From positions 18,104,001-18,168,000 of the forward strand of contig OZ287758.1 in assembly GCA_965649765.1 (NCBI GenBank): a stretch of 64,000 bases of DNA. The letters run 5' to 3'. This stretch comes from Bispira polyomma (Eukaryota). This document shows positions 52,973 through 64,000 of the stretch, piece after piece. The notes beneath the pieces are model-generated. The model was not told where the DNA came from. It made no database searches and saw nothing but the letters and a program-made list of their open reading frames with translations. A program made the position numbers and the translations under genes. The first letter of the stretch is position 1, and every line of letters begins with the position of its first letter.

Positions 52973-55184
52973 GGCAGAAAGGTGACACCTGAGAACCTTC
53001 TGACATAGTAAACTAATTAACCAGGGGGTAGGAAGGGGGACTGTTTAGGACAGGATGTTGACTTAAGAGGCCCCCCTTCTCAGACTGACACCAAGTGCTA
53101 AAGCCCCTTGTACACAATTATAGTTACACCCGTTGACATTAAATGGAATGGATATTAATTGGAACGATTAAACAGTAAATTGCAAGGTTATAGCTTCAAT
53201 AAAACAAATTTAAGATAAAATTCCACTGCCATATATTTTATTACAAGCCGTTATAATTATGTCCAATAAATGTCCCTGTCAAACAATAACCCATATTTTA
53301 AAGCAATTTCATTCATTTTTATCCTGAAATATGACAAAATGAATGCCCATTTGTTATTCTGGTGATTTCTTAAGATTTACTGTTACAATTTTTACCAAAT
53401 TAAGCTACATAGCCAATTAGGTAGTTGACTGTGCCACAGAAATAAAATATCCATGTTACAGTTTTATCAGTTGCACAATGGGATAACTAGCTTGAAAATG
53501 TCATTACTTTCTCAAAACACTCATTTACTATCACTTTCCACAAGAACATAACCAGTGACTTTGTGTTTGAATTAGGAGTTGACCTACAAAAGTATATGGT
53601 CAAATACTTCATGCCCCCAATTTGTTTACACAGGAAGTGGCTGAGGAGACATGAGCAGCTCAGTTTCATCAAAGAAGTAAACAACTTCTGGAAATCATAT
53701 AAACAACCGGAATTAACAAATACAGAGTTAGTTTTTATGTTGCTTAACTAATTATAGATACAAGTGTATGTTTACTTACTCTTACGTTTTCTAATTGAGG
53801 AGTTATTGGACATTTTACTTTTACTTTAAAGGCAACACCACTAATCTAAAGTGCTTTACTGGTCAACGAGTGCCCTGAACGGCCTTGGCAGGGACAGCTG
53901 ACCAGTAACTGACCAATACGGGTGATATTTACGGCTGCTGGGTGGGCGTTAACTGGTACACGGGCGTTAACTGGTCGCCGCCCACTAGATGTAATCTCGT
54001 GTCAAACAACACAATCTTTCCATCCCTCTGATTCGAGTAATCCTTTTTTTTCCCATGCTAAACCTAAGCTTAAAGTCAGAAATTTGCTTCGAATAATGGC
54101 TTTAAGGGTACCTCGAATGTTCGAGGATTTCCTAAAGATTAAACTAAAAATTGTTGGGGATCTGAAATTCATTCGAATTTCGGCTACTTTTGAGTATTGT
54201 CTATTCGAGTTTGACCAAATCCACTGTACAATGTATACTGACAGGATATATCTATTTCTTCTAAATTGCGAGAACGCACGCCTTCTAACTTTGGTTTGGA
54301 CCGCTAGACGGCGCCACACTACAGTCCTTTATTTGTGTACAAGGGAGACCTTAATCGGAAGATGAATTCTATTTTTTAAAATAATGTACGAAATATGACC
54401 AAAGAAGAAGAAATTGCCTTTATTCAATAAAAACATTATTATATGAAAGTTTGACAAAATATCATCTATATGCTCATATAGTGGCTTCAATCCATTAAAT
54501 TTCTTTAGTTTGCAAGACTTTGATAGCTTTCGAAACCGCCATTATTTGTAGTACTAAATATACTGTAGCAAGTATCCAATATGGCCACCGACCTAATTAA
54601 ATCACACGAGACGGTGATTGGCTGAAAATCTGAGCCGTTTCCAATGCGCATGCCCAGTAACTGAAGCATATCGCGTCAAAGGTAAGACCTCTTAGACGGG
54701 TTAATTGAAACGGCAACAATGAGGAGATTAAAGTACCAACTTCAATATAAGGAAAGTAAACCGTCGATATACACTAGCAGTATATACTCACATATTCGAA
54801 CTATATATATGTATATATATATATATTTTATGAATATATCCAAGGAAGAAAAATGGAAAATTACGTTGTGTATATACCAAAATATAACGGATATTAATGG
54901 CGAAATGCTAGAATATAGATACATACATCTATACAAGGAAGAAACATAGTGAATAAAAATAATTTAAAATCAAGCATTTTTCTGGACATTTCGGAACACA
55001 AGAAAGTAAGATAAACTCTTTATTTTGTCGTAAAATAACATTTCTAAGAATTACTTCACAGTATGCAAAGTATATTTTGAAATATAGAAAGCATTATAGT
55101 TTCTTCTAAAAACAGAAAATACTAGACACGGTACCTTTAATTGGTAGCCAGACGTTTCAATTTTTACAAGTAGATCCATTATGG

Positions 55185-55528
55185 CGTTTACCAAGATATA
55201 GTTTCTATTTATATACTGTCACCGCTGATCTGTATTACCACCCACTGAACACGGAATCGATTTGACTGCTACTGGTTCACTAATTTCGGAAGCTATACCA
55301 GCTACAAATATTAAAATTAAATTGTTTGGTCATTTCGAGAGCTGTAAGAAATCGTTTTTATCAGGTTTTAAAGCTAAATTATTGAAACATTTTTAAGGTG
55401 ATTCGGTTGTTTATGCACAGATATTTTTAGATTTTTTTTTGTTGTAACTTATAAGTTAACAGAAAGACAGAATAAAAAATAGATACATGTCTCTGAGATT
55501 TGTGACCGCAAGGTCACTTCCTCTTGTT
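55185..55528 (+). mobile_element. 3' part of a HINE related to 20565-22391
   Basis: Shares gatatagtttctatttatatactgtcaccg... with ~22058; ends with stem-loop gtgaccgcaaggtcac + ttcctcttgtt. Confidence 0.65.
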
Positions 55529-55652
55529 AAATTGAAGAACTTTGAAATTATTGACTGAATAGTTTACTGCAAAGATGCACTTATGTAGTGACAGAGGAAA
55601 TGAGTTGATACAATGAGATAATCTTTTATTTTTTTTACCATGTCTTGTAGTA

Positions 55653-55873
55653 GGGGCCGTGGCGGCCTAGTGGTTAGCAAGCATTGCGCTTCACAATCAC
55701 TGGTCTCTCACCTCTGGGCGGCGTGAGTTCGAATCCCGTTGATGCCTATGTGGGAAAGGTGGTAGTTCCTTACTGTGGGCCGCAGCGTTTCCAACTACCC
55801 GTCCCAATATAACCTAAACAGGTACTAGAGTGGACGTTAAATATCCAAATTAAAATTAAATTAAAAAATTAAA
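55653..55873 (+). mobile_element. tRNA-derived SINE with 16-bp TSD
   Basis: A box tggcggcctagtgg, B box gttcgaatccc, A-rich tail; TSD accatgtcttgtagta at 55637-55652 and 55874-55889. Confidence 0.92.
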
Positions 55874-56847
55874 ACCATGTCTTGTAGTAATACTGGATGC
55901 TCAAATATCGCCAGTTTTAGGTAAATTTTCTCACTTGCCTGTTACCTGTCTCGTCTTAGCTAAGAAGCTGCTCCTGGTAACAGAAATGAAAGGACGAACA
56001 CTTCCAAATACAATTCACGCGAACTATTGACATAAAAATTGCACAATTGTGCAAGGAAGTTACAGACAGGGCAAACTCTTACATCAAATTTAGCAGAGTT
56101 ATTTATTTTTTCTAAAATGAGAACAAAACCTATTTCTTGCCACGGCAAAAAGCCATCCTTCAGATGAATGGACACATGAGTGAGGACCCAGACGGCAGGC
56201 ACAATAATCGGCAAAATAATATGTCCATCCCCCATGATGACCATCACCAATACATTCAGTAAAGAAAGTCCTGGATAGTTAAGATGGCAACCCAAATAAA
56301 ATGTTCACTGATGGAGTTTATTACCCTTATCTTGATAATGTGATGTCCTCCACCATCTCTATAGTATCATAAATTTAAGATTACCCCCTCCCAATAACAA
56401 GTTTTGAGCACAGTCTTCTCACCTTCTGCAGGTCTAAAATGAGAGTCCATCTTGTCCATTTTCAAGAAATCGAGTATTTTAAAAATTTTCAGAACACTAA
56501 GATGTGTTACTTTATAATATAAGTTTTTATTGATCTAGCCCTGAAAATTAACTTAATCAAGAGTTATTTAAAGGAAAGTACAATGTGGTGTGAAAACACA
56601 TAAATTACTCCTTTTAACGAATAGTCAACAAACCTAACTCAGTCATAATTTTTCTGTAATAAACAGTGACTAACAGTCTTTAACAAACAACAAAGTTTAA
56701 CAAAGAAGGAAAGAATGAGGACACTTGGTGCATTCCTTGAATCCTTCCACACAACACAAATAGGGGAGACTACAGCAGAGTGTTCCTTTCAGTTTACACC
56801 TGTCTTTATTTCCAACTGTACCCAGCAGCTCTTCTACTGACAACACA

Positions 56848-59800
56848 TCACATGAACATGTCGTCTTCAAACCCGGGAGGTCTCATGTGGTCAGGGTCTG
56901 GTCTGAGGTACACAACAAAGACTAAACTTGCACCTTGCATCATATTACAAACACAACTACATTAAGTAAATATTTTAACATAAGAACTCCATATTTACTG
57001 AACTACTTGTACAAAATCAAATGTGGTTAAAAAACCACTTCTGAAGTCAGCTATAAAATGACAGTTACTGTTATTACGAAAAAGACAGATGGTCTAAAAA
57101 TGTGTCCTTTGACAGTCCAGATGTCACCCTTTAAAACTGTTAACAGATTAAACTTTAACAGTGTAAAAGTAACAGATGGAATATTCACTGCAATACTTCA
57201 CTTAAGATCCACTGATACAGTAAAACCTTTATTATCCGACTATTTGATTTTACACTCAATTTTATTCTCCAAAACTTATTTTTTCCTATTGTTTTATACT
57301 AAATTGTCCCTTCAATTTTACAGACCTTCTATTATCCAAACAAATTATCACTCTCCCAATATGGTCAGATAATAGAAGTTCTACTGTATAATCAAACATA
57401 ATACACATACAGTTTAAGATTTTTATGGTCCAGGACATAACTAAAACAGTAAAGTCAAATTTAGGTCTGTCAAATACAAAATATGAACTCCCTGCTGTGC
57501 AATTTTTTTTAAAAAAAAGTCCTTAGTCGAACTGTGGTTAAACCATGACATGACACTGGCTGAGCTTGTGTCCCACACGTTTTTGTCCTTTTCAATATTT
57601 AAACTTAATAAGGTACTTTGTCTTTGATATAACAATTGGATCAACTTATAGTACTAACCAGTGTCTTATTTGGTAATGATTTTCCTTACTGATACAGCAT
57701 CAGCCGATACCTCATTAGCCATGATAACTAAAAACCTACATTTGTTTACAGTTAATTCTTACCCAGCTCTGTGTCCTCCTCTCTCCAGGTCTGGTGGACC
57801 TAAAGGGTCAAACCTGGCACCAGGGGGCACTGACCCTCTACAAACACAGTAAACACTGGACCTAAGGGTCAAACCTGGCACCAGGGGGCACTGACCCTCT
57901 ACAAACACACAGTAAACACTGGACCTAAGGGTCAAACCTGGCACCAGGGGGAACTGACCCTCTACAAACACACAGTAAACACTGGACCTAAAGGGTCAAA
58001 CCTGGCACCAGGGGGCACTGACCCTCTACAAACACACAGTAAACATTGGACCTAAAGGGTCAAACCTCTACTAACACACAGTAAACACTGGACCTAAGGG
58101 TCAAACTGGCACCAGGGGGCACTGACCCTCTACAAACACTAGACCTAAAGGGTCAAACCTGGCACCAGGGGGCACTGACCATCTACAAACACACAGTAAA
58201 CATTGGACCTAAGGGTCAAACCTGGCACCAGGGGGCACTGACCCTCTACAAGCACACAGTAAACATTGGACCTAAGGGTCAAACTTCTACAAACACACAG
58301 TAAACACTGGACCTAAGGGTCAAACCTGGCATCAGGGGGCACTGATCCTCTACAAACACTGGACCTAAAGGGTCAAACCTTGTCTACAAACACACAGTAC
58401 TGAAAATACTGGCAACAGGCTTACTTTGAATATATATGTTACAGCGAATATGGGTAATCAGGGGATACTTGTAAATTTTAGTGAATACACCTTTTGAAAT
58501 TTCCAGGGACAAATCAGCTACTGGGGTTGGACAACTTCAAATAAATATGTCTAAAGCATTATCACCACAGTGAATATCTACTAATTAAGGACTCATAAAA
58601 TAGTTTGGTGGTGATAAGTCATGCTATATGCTATGGTGACTAAACAACAATTTCTTTAACTTTGGTCCATAATTTTTGGACTCAATACTCTACATTGGTA
58701 TAATAAAACACCATATTGGTGATATAAGAGGATGAAAGTTAAAACTTAACCTTCTACTAATTAATGCCATTATACATTTGTTAACTATTTCCTGCCAGTC
58801 TATGTACAGGTTTGATCTATCAGACCAATAAAATTGTAACGAAAGTTAGTGTTACACTTTTGTCAGCGAACTAGGTTCAGTATGTGGTATAGTTAACGTA
58901 CCAAAGTCTGGTCCATCCCAATTTCTGGTCTAACATTTTTAACATCACATATAAGATATTTTCCAAATGAAAATACTTCCACCAGCTTAATATTCTTAAA
59001 GTAAAAATGTTACTTAAATAATATTTTTAATTATTTATTTTTTGGCAACAGATAAGTGCTCTCAAATGATTTTAACATCAGCATTATACATCAGTACATA
59101 GTACCTTGGTATTCTGCCAGGCATGCCTAGTCCTCCCCTGTCTGGACCTACACCACCCTGGAATCTTCCTGCCCTCAGTGGATCCATCAACATCCCACCA
59201 GCAGAGGGACCAGCCAGCGGGTCAAGGTCACCACGGCCAATAGAGAAGGGATCATCTGGGTCAGCCCTAAGTACAGATATAACAAGGTCACCACAATCAA
59301 AAGAGAAGGGGTCATCTGGGTCAGCCCTAAGTACAGATATAACAAGGTCACCACAATCAAAAGAGAAGGGGTCATCTGGGCCAGTCCTTAGTACAGATAT
59401 AACAAGGTCACCAAAACCAATAGAGAAGGGGTCATCTGGGTCAGTCCTTAGTACAGATATAACAAGGTCACCACAATCAAAAGAGAAGGGGTCATTTGGG
59501 TCAGTCCTTAGTACAGATATAACAAGGTCACCACAACCAATAGAAAAGGGGTCATCATCTGGGTCAGCACGTAGTACAGATATAACAAGGTCTATTAGAA
59601 AAGGGATAATTTGAGTCGGAACTTAGTAATGTAAAGATATAACATTAGGCTTCAAAATATGGCTTCAAAATATGCACTGGTTTCTGAGAAATCATGGTAG
59701 AAGCCTTCAACTGGCCAATGTTAGGACAGTCCGCCTCTACTTCCAAATCCATGATATCACGTTACATGAGACCATAAAATGACTAGTGGTTGACTTTTTA

Positions 59801-61514
59801 GTGATTTTACGCCAAAGTGAATATGTGAATTGCTCCATTCAGTACAGGTTGTATTATGTCCATACAGATCTATCTGTAGGGACGTAAAATAAAAAGAATG
59901 CAACCTGCATTAGTTTTATCTGGAAAAACCTAGAAATGACAGACCAGATTTTTTCTGTATTCCTTTGTGCAAAATGGATAAATATCTGGGCATTTATTAC
60001 ATAATGACATTACCATTACATGATAGATCTGAAAAAAAAATATTTTTTAACTTTCTATACTTTTACTCTTTTCTAAAAATATTAGAAACTTCAGAAAGTA
60101 GACAAGTATAATTATACTTTGGTTTTCTAACAAATTGGGCTCATTTTAATATGACTGAGTATAGCTCCATCACCACATAATAGCCCTACTTAAGATTATA
60201 AATTGTTAAGCGTTACAAGGTTAAAAAGATAATGTACTAGTATTTAAGAGATATGAGGGACCTACCACCCTGGGTTGGACTGTGGATGTCTGGGAGGCCC
60301 CACTCTTAAAGGGTCTTGTGTGTCAGAATGACGCTCCTTGGACTTTCCTTGTTGTTTACTTGGCTGGCCCTGGTTAGACTGAGTTGGGTCTGCTTTGGAA
60401 TCCCGGAATGACTTTAAAATCTCTGTGTGTAGTCTAGACTGCAATCCTTCTAGATCTTTGTAGGCTCTGGGAGTAGAAAACACAAAAAGCTTAATGTAAT
60501 CAGTACAGTATATGTAACAACCTTTTGTTTTGTCAAATAAAGAGAACCCCCAAATCTCACCAAATTTGGTGTGGATATCTGAATTAGTTTTTTTCAAAAT
60601 GAATGGAAATCCCAACAGAATTTGTTGGTAACACAACAGAACTAAGACAGAGGCAGACAACCCCAAAGGAATTCCATACAGTCTTCACCTAGATGCATGC
60701 CAATCCCACTCAACCAATATGGTGGAGACCTCCCTTAGTTCCTTTAAATGAAAAAAAAATAAAACACAGGGCAATGGATGCAATAATCGGCTAAATACTA
60801 TATGGTGAGTAGTGAATCCTGTAAAATTAGGTGTAAGACAAGTACTTTAAGCTTTGGTCACTTACTTATCGAATGAAGACAAATCACCAGTATAATAATC
60901 ATTGATCCTGAATGAAGCATCACTTACTACTTTGTCCTTCATGCGCTGAAGTATACAAAAATAGCACTTAATTAAAAACAGAGGTGTAGCAATTATAGCA
61001 TTATTGATAGTACTTTTAGATACATTTAAGATGACACCTCATTTGTTAAAATTAGATAACTGGAAAAGTAACCTACATCACACACTTTTTATGTCCCAGG
61101 TATACAGACAAGATGCTTATTACAATCTATTGTCATAACTAAGTGCAAGAATGGTTGAAAAAAATATTTTATTTTACACATAAACCTCAATAGTCTTGGT
61201 TAAATTTCATTGAATACCACAAAAACGAAATATAATCTGAGAAGTTGTCAAAATATTAATATTTTACTGGTACCGATTGTAAATTTCACACAAAGTTTTT
61301 GAAAAGGTGTCTTTTTGGACAAGTGTGGTGCATCAACAGGCATCAATCAAAATATACAAACCATAAAGTGTACTAAAATCTCTCCATCAAATGGTACAAT
61401 TTTCAGCAAGTATGAGTAATGTTTGTCTTTGTACAGCAGACTATACACCCCATTATCACTATTCCATTCCTTTGGTAACATCTCTGATGCCTCGGCCTCC
61501 ACTTCATGAGGACC
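56848..61514 (-). CDS. PSMF1: Proteasome inhibitor/regulator PI31, 5'-partial; exons 61362-61514, 60866-60945, 60266-60466, 59105-59266, 57763-57837, 56848-56902
   Basis: Spliced translation SEMLPKEWN...DPLRVGPPRHP...DPFSIGRGDLDP...GGMLMDPLR...GSVPPGARFDPLGP...GPDPDHMRPPGFEDDMFM* matches PI31 hallmark motifs. Splice sites are canonical and phase-compatible. The first coding exon was not found in the window. Confidence 0.93.
57218..57386. mobile_element. pogo-type MITE
   Basis: TA|CAGTAAAACCTTTATTATCCGAC ... GTCAGATAATAGAAGTTCTACTG|TA. Confidence 0.65.
57796..58399 (-). repeat. ~61-64 bp acceptor-spanning minisatellite in PSMF1
   Basis: Minus strand tgtgtttgtAG|agggtcagtgccccctggtgccaggtttgaccc, about 11 full or partial copies. 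Confidence 0.93.
59223..59592 (-). repeat. 60-bp acceptor-spanning minisatellite in PSMF1, 6 copies
   Basis: Minus strand ttgttatatctgtacttAG|ggctgacccagatgaccccttctc... Confidence 0.95.
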
Positions 61515-61904
61515 CTATAATATGATATCGTGATATTTTAAGTTTTAACATTCTGTTACAACACTGAAACTTTGCCATCAAAACAGACACAAAGTAAGAA
61601 ATTAAAAGCCAATTGAGATACAAAACAATACAATGTACTAGACAATCACATTGTTAAACCAAACAAAGTCAAGTCCTAATTGTATCTGCTTTTAAGGCTA
61701 AATATCCATTTAGTAGGTAAGTATTAACAATCCCACTTTTGCAGTTATTTCAAGATTCAATATTGCCAAACAACTAGTTATCAAGGACTTCCTATTATTG
61801 AGCACTAACTTCAATCTTGTCTATTTTGCGACAATGACACAATTTCCGACGGCCTTTGCATTACCTCAAGTTAAACAATAGCCTTTAACTGTGGATTTTA
61901 TTAC

Positions 61905-62015
61905 TATTCTTATTGGTACCAAGAAACACAGTGAGTTTCTAAGATCACTATTCCCCATTTCACCACTGTGCAAAGATATACAACCTTTTAATAATGTCTA
62001 CAACCTTGGTGTTAC
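61905..62015 (+). mobile_element. Fragment of the L2/CR1 LINE RT region
   Basis: ILIGTKKHSEFLRSLFPISPLCKDIQPFNNVYNLGVT aligns to FILIGNKKNSELLKSLFPISLLGKDILPSKNAKNLGVT of the 34712 ORF. Confidence 0.8.
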
Positions 62016-62292
62016 ACATCCTTCCTTACAACCTGGCTGTTTTTTGTTTTTTTTGGGGGGGGGGACTTCTGATAATATTACTTGATTGGTAGGTCATTTT
62101 AAATAGTTAATGAAAAGAAGCCACCTACTAACCTTAATATCAGAATTGTAAAAATAACTTCAGTGAATCAATATATGGATTCCCAGTGTGTGTGACCAAG
62201 GGCTATATTGATCCAATCATGGAGGTAGCCACAGTAGATCTAGAAAAGCTATATTTATTTACTAACATGACATGGCTGTGTCCGCGATTCCG

Positions 62293-62360
62293 ATTATTAT
62301 TATGGATTTTTAACGCGCTTTATTGATGCTAGGCATCTTATAAAGCGCAACAGCAGAATT
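62293..62360 (-). mobile_element. 5'-truncated 3' end of the same LINE family
   Basis: Reverse complement matches 36147-36219, including the (AAT)n tail. Confidence 0.85.
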
Positions 62361-64000
62361 GGTTGAAAGCTTCAGTAAAATTCTGTTATGTACCTGTTGG
62401 CTGTTCCATCAGCCTGTGGAACAGCCTGTTTGTGTATGTCTTTGACCAAAAGAGATGGTTGGATTTTTTTTCAAATTTAAGGTAAGTTTTGTCTTTTTTA
62501 TTATTTTTTCATGTTAGAATAGGAATGGGACAGGCTTTCGTTACAACGTTGTAGTTTGACACTCTGTATGTCAAGAGAAAACTCTTTTGTTACAACACGA
62601 TATAGTCCTAAAATACATCAGCCACAGACCTAATATATTTCAGAGAACCGTCCATGTGTTACATTTATAAAAAGGTCACATATTTGCTTTGATAATATCT
62701 TACATACATGCATAATTTAAATAAGTATATTTTACTTTGGTTCATAAAGTCCACGGAACACATAAAGCAGTAGTTTATATATATCAACTCTTTAGAAGAA
62801 AAACGTGTATATGACCCATAATGAAGTGATTTTATGCAAATTAGGCACCGTAGAGAACACCATGAAGCACCAACTTTCATACAAGGATATTTAACTGGGT
62901 TTCACTCGAAGAAACACCAACAATGTGTTACAGTTTCGATAATGATGAAAATTTTTTTGAATAAAAAATAATTACTTTTAATTATATTGTCCACCATACA
63001 CGTCATATATCCTAACTTCTACTTTGGTTCTGTACATCTTGAGTTAAAATGCACAATGTAAATTCCATGTCATAACCAAAGCTTAAAAGCTTGATGTACG
63101 ACGCCATAACTGAAGAAAAAAATCTTTATTTACGACGCCAAAGCTTTTTCAAATAGCAGCAACACCTTAAATCAATTATGCGTATTGGTTTTAAGTGTGT
63201 TATTCCTATATTATTATCCAGAGTGACCATAATCAGTATTGGACGTTTTGACACCCTCATATATTTGTATTGGTGTCTAGTTTGTGTTTTATTAAGGTAT
63301 CATTTTAAAGCTTACAATACACAGATTTCGATAAGCTAATTTAGCATTTTGTGTGCACATATATATGTTACAGTAAATATGCGAAATTAGTAAATACACA
63401 TATTTTTCAAAAATTTTAGTAAACATGCAAACTTACCGATTTGTTCATTAAATACACGTAATCCCTAAACATGTCAGTAAATACGGGTATTCACTGGTTG
63501 TTGACTCCAGTAAGTTCATGCACTTACTGAATTGTGTTATTATTCTTCAAGTGATGATTCACTAGTTACATTAAGTCTTTTTTTATCCATATGATGTATC
63601 ATTATATGGTGGTGGCGATTTTATAAAATATTAAGGAGTCCATCTTAATTTATTATAATAGTAATAATAGAAGCATTTTATAGCGTAAAATTGATAAAAA
63701 TCATCTAATGCGCTCAATTCCAAAAAGGGACTGTCAATTATCCAGGGTTGAGATAAAAAACCCGCCCAGGTATTACCCGCCCGGGAAAACACGGGTAAAC
63801 CCGTACTGGGCAATACCCCTAAGTGGGCAATACTCCTAAAAGTGGGCAATACTCCATAAGGGGCAGGTAATACTCCAAAAGGTGGGTAATACCAGGAAAT
63901 GTGGGCAGGGCTATTGTTTATTTAAAAAAGACCTTCAATAATAATGTTTTTTATTCACATTCTTTATGTAGATTCACCCACAAGTTGTAACTTAGCAGTT

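Larger units (their letters stand above)
47880..53130 (-). mobile_element. Ngaro-like tyrosine-recombinase retrotransposon in transposase intron 1 (ends approximate)
   Basis: gag-like, RT/RNase H and YR ORFs in order; no methyltransferase ORF seen; terminal repeats not resolved. Confidence 0.8.
31273..53813 (-). pseudogene. Intron-containing HTH(psq/CENP-B)-DDE_1-PHD transposase (586 aa reconstructed), disrupted by a LINE; exons 53780-53813, 46719-46981, 46082-46277, 45383-45519, 37020-37170, 36754-36899, 36220-36390+32391-32483, 32093-32121, 31273-31813
   Basis: SVRGAAKEYGISRRTLRDH (HTH), IFNCDETG, LIMDNHVSH, ILQPLDVGVFGPL (35 residues between 2nd and 3rd Asp), SSFQRSGLWPFD, C-terminal C-x2-C...WVCCDTYNKWFHCIC...C-x2-C PHD. 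All junctions are GT-AG and phase-compatible (1761 nt). Confidence 0.85.
27948..53985 (-). mobile_element. 26 kb pogo-superfamily (DD35D, Fot-like) DNA transposon with nested insertions
   Basis: TA|GTGGACGGCGACCAGTTAACGCCC (27948-27971) and GGGCGTTAACTGGTCGCCGCCCAC|TA (53962-53985) form a 23/24 inverted repeat flanked by TA. A second subterminal copy occurs at ~28157 and 53940. The transposase start codon is ~170 bp inside the right TIR. Confidence 0.85.
27456..54226. mobile_element. Older ~730 bp pogo/Tigger-like MITE split by the 26 kb element (27456-27947 + 53986-54226)
   Basis: TA|CAGTAGAATC...TCGAATGTGCAATA and TATTGTCTATTCGAG...ATCCACTG|TA form an imperfect CAGT-type TIR with TA flanks. 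Confidence 0.5.

Noticed and set aside
53922-54365. 147-aa ORF
   Set aside because: Crosses the TIR and MITE boundaries and has no recognisable domain.
59123-59614. 163-aa + strand ORF with SSGS repeats
   Set aside because: Antisense shadow of a PSMF1 exon and its 60-bp array.
62133-62238. First PSMF1 coding exon (HWE motif on the minus strand)
   Set aside because: In-frame TGA four codons after HWE and no start; the true exon is probably beyond the window.

Overview
AT-rich, intron-rich animal DNA, probably an invertebrate/lophotrochozoan (inference). Two convergent host genes flank a ~36 kb transposon nest. Left (+): the last 14 exons of an RNI-type LRR gene (LRRC73-like C-terminus, long Ser/acidic N-terminal region). 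Right (-): the last 6 exons of the proteasome regulator PI31/PSMF1. Between them lie (i) a decayed DIRS1-type element with intact ITR/ICR ends (20468-27298) and (ii) a 26 kb TA-flanked pogo-superfamily DD35D transposon (27948-53985). Its 9-exon HTH-DDE-PHD transposase can be rebuilt in frame (586 aa). It hosts an L2/CR1-type LINE, a 7.8 kb Helentron-like element, MITEs, a SINE and an Ngaro-like tyrosine-recombinase retroelement. Most unusual signals: (1) minisatellites built from the splice junctions themselves at 8 of ~38 host splice sites, one able to add in-frame repeats to PI31; (2) an Ngaro-like element with gag and pol in frame across a TGA and a phase-matched donor/acceptor pair that would give a spliced Gag-YR fusion; (3) a second protein-coding exon nested in a transposase intron. 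All models are manual readings; no searches were run, and family assignments come from recalled motifs.
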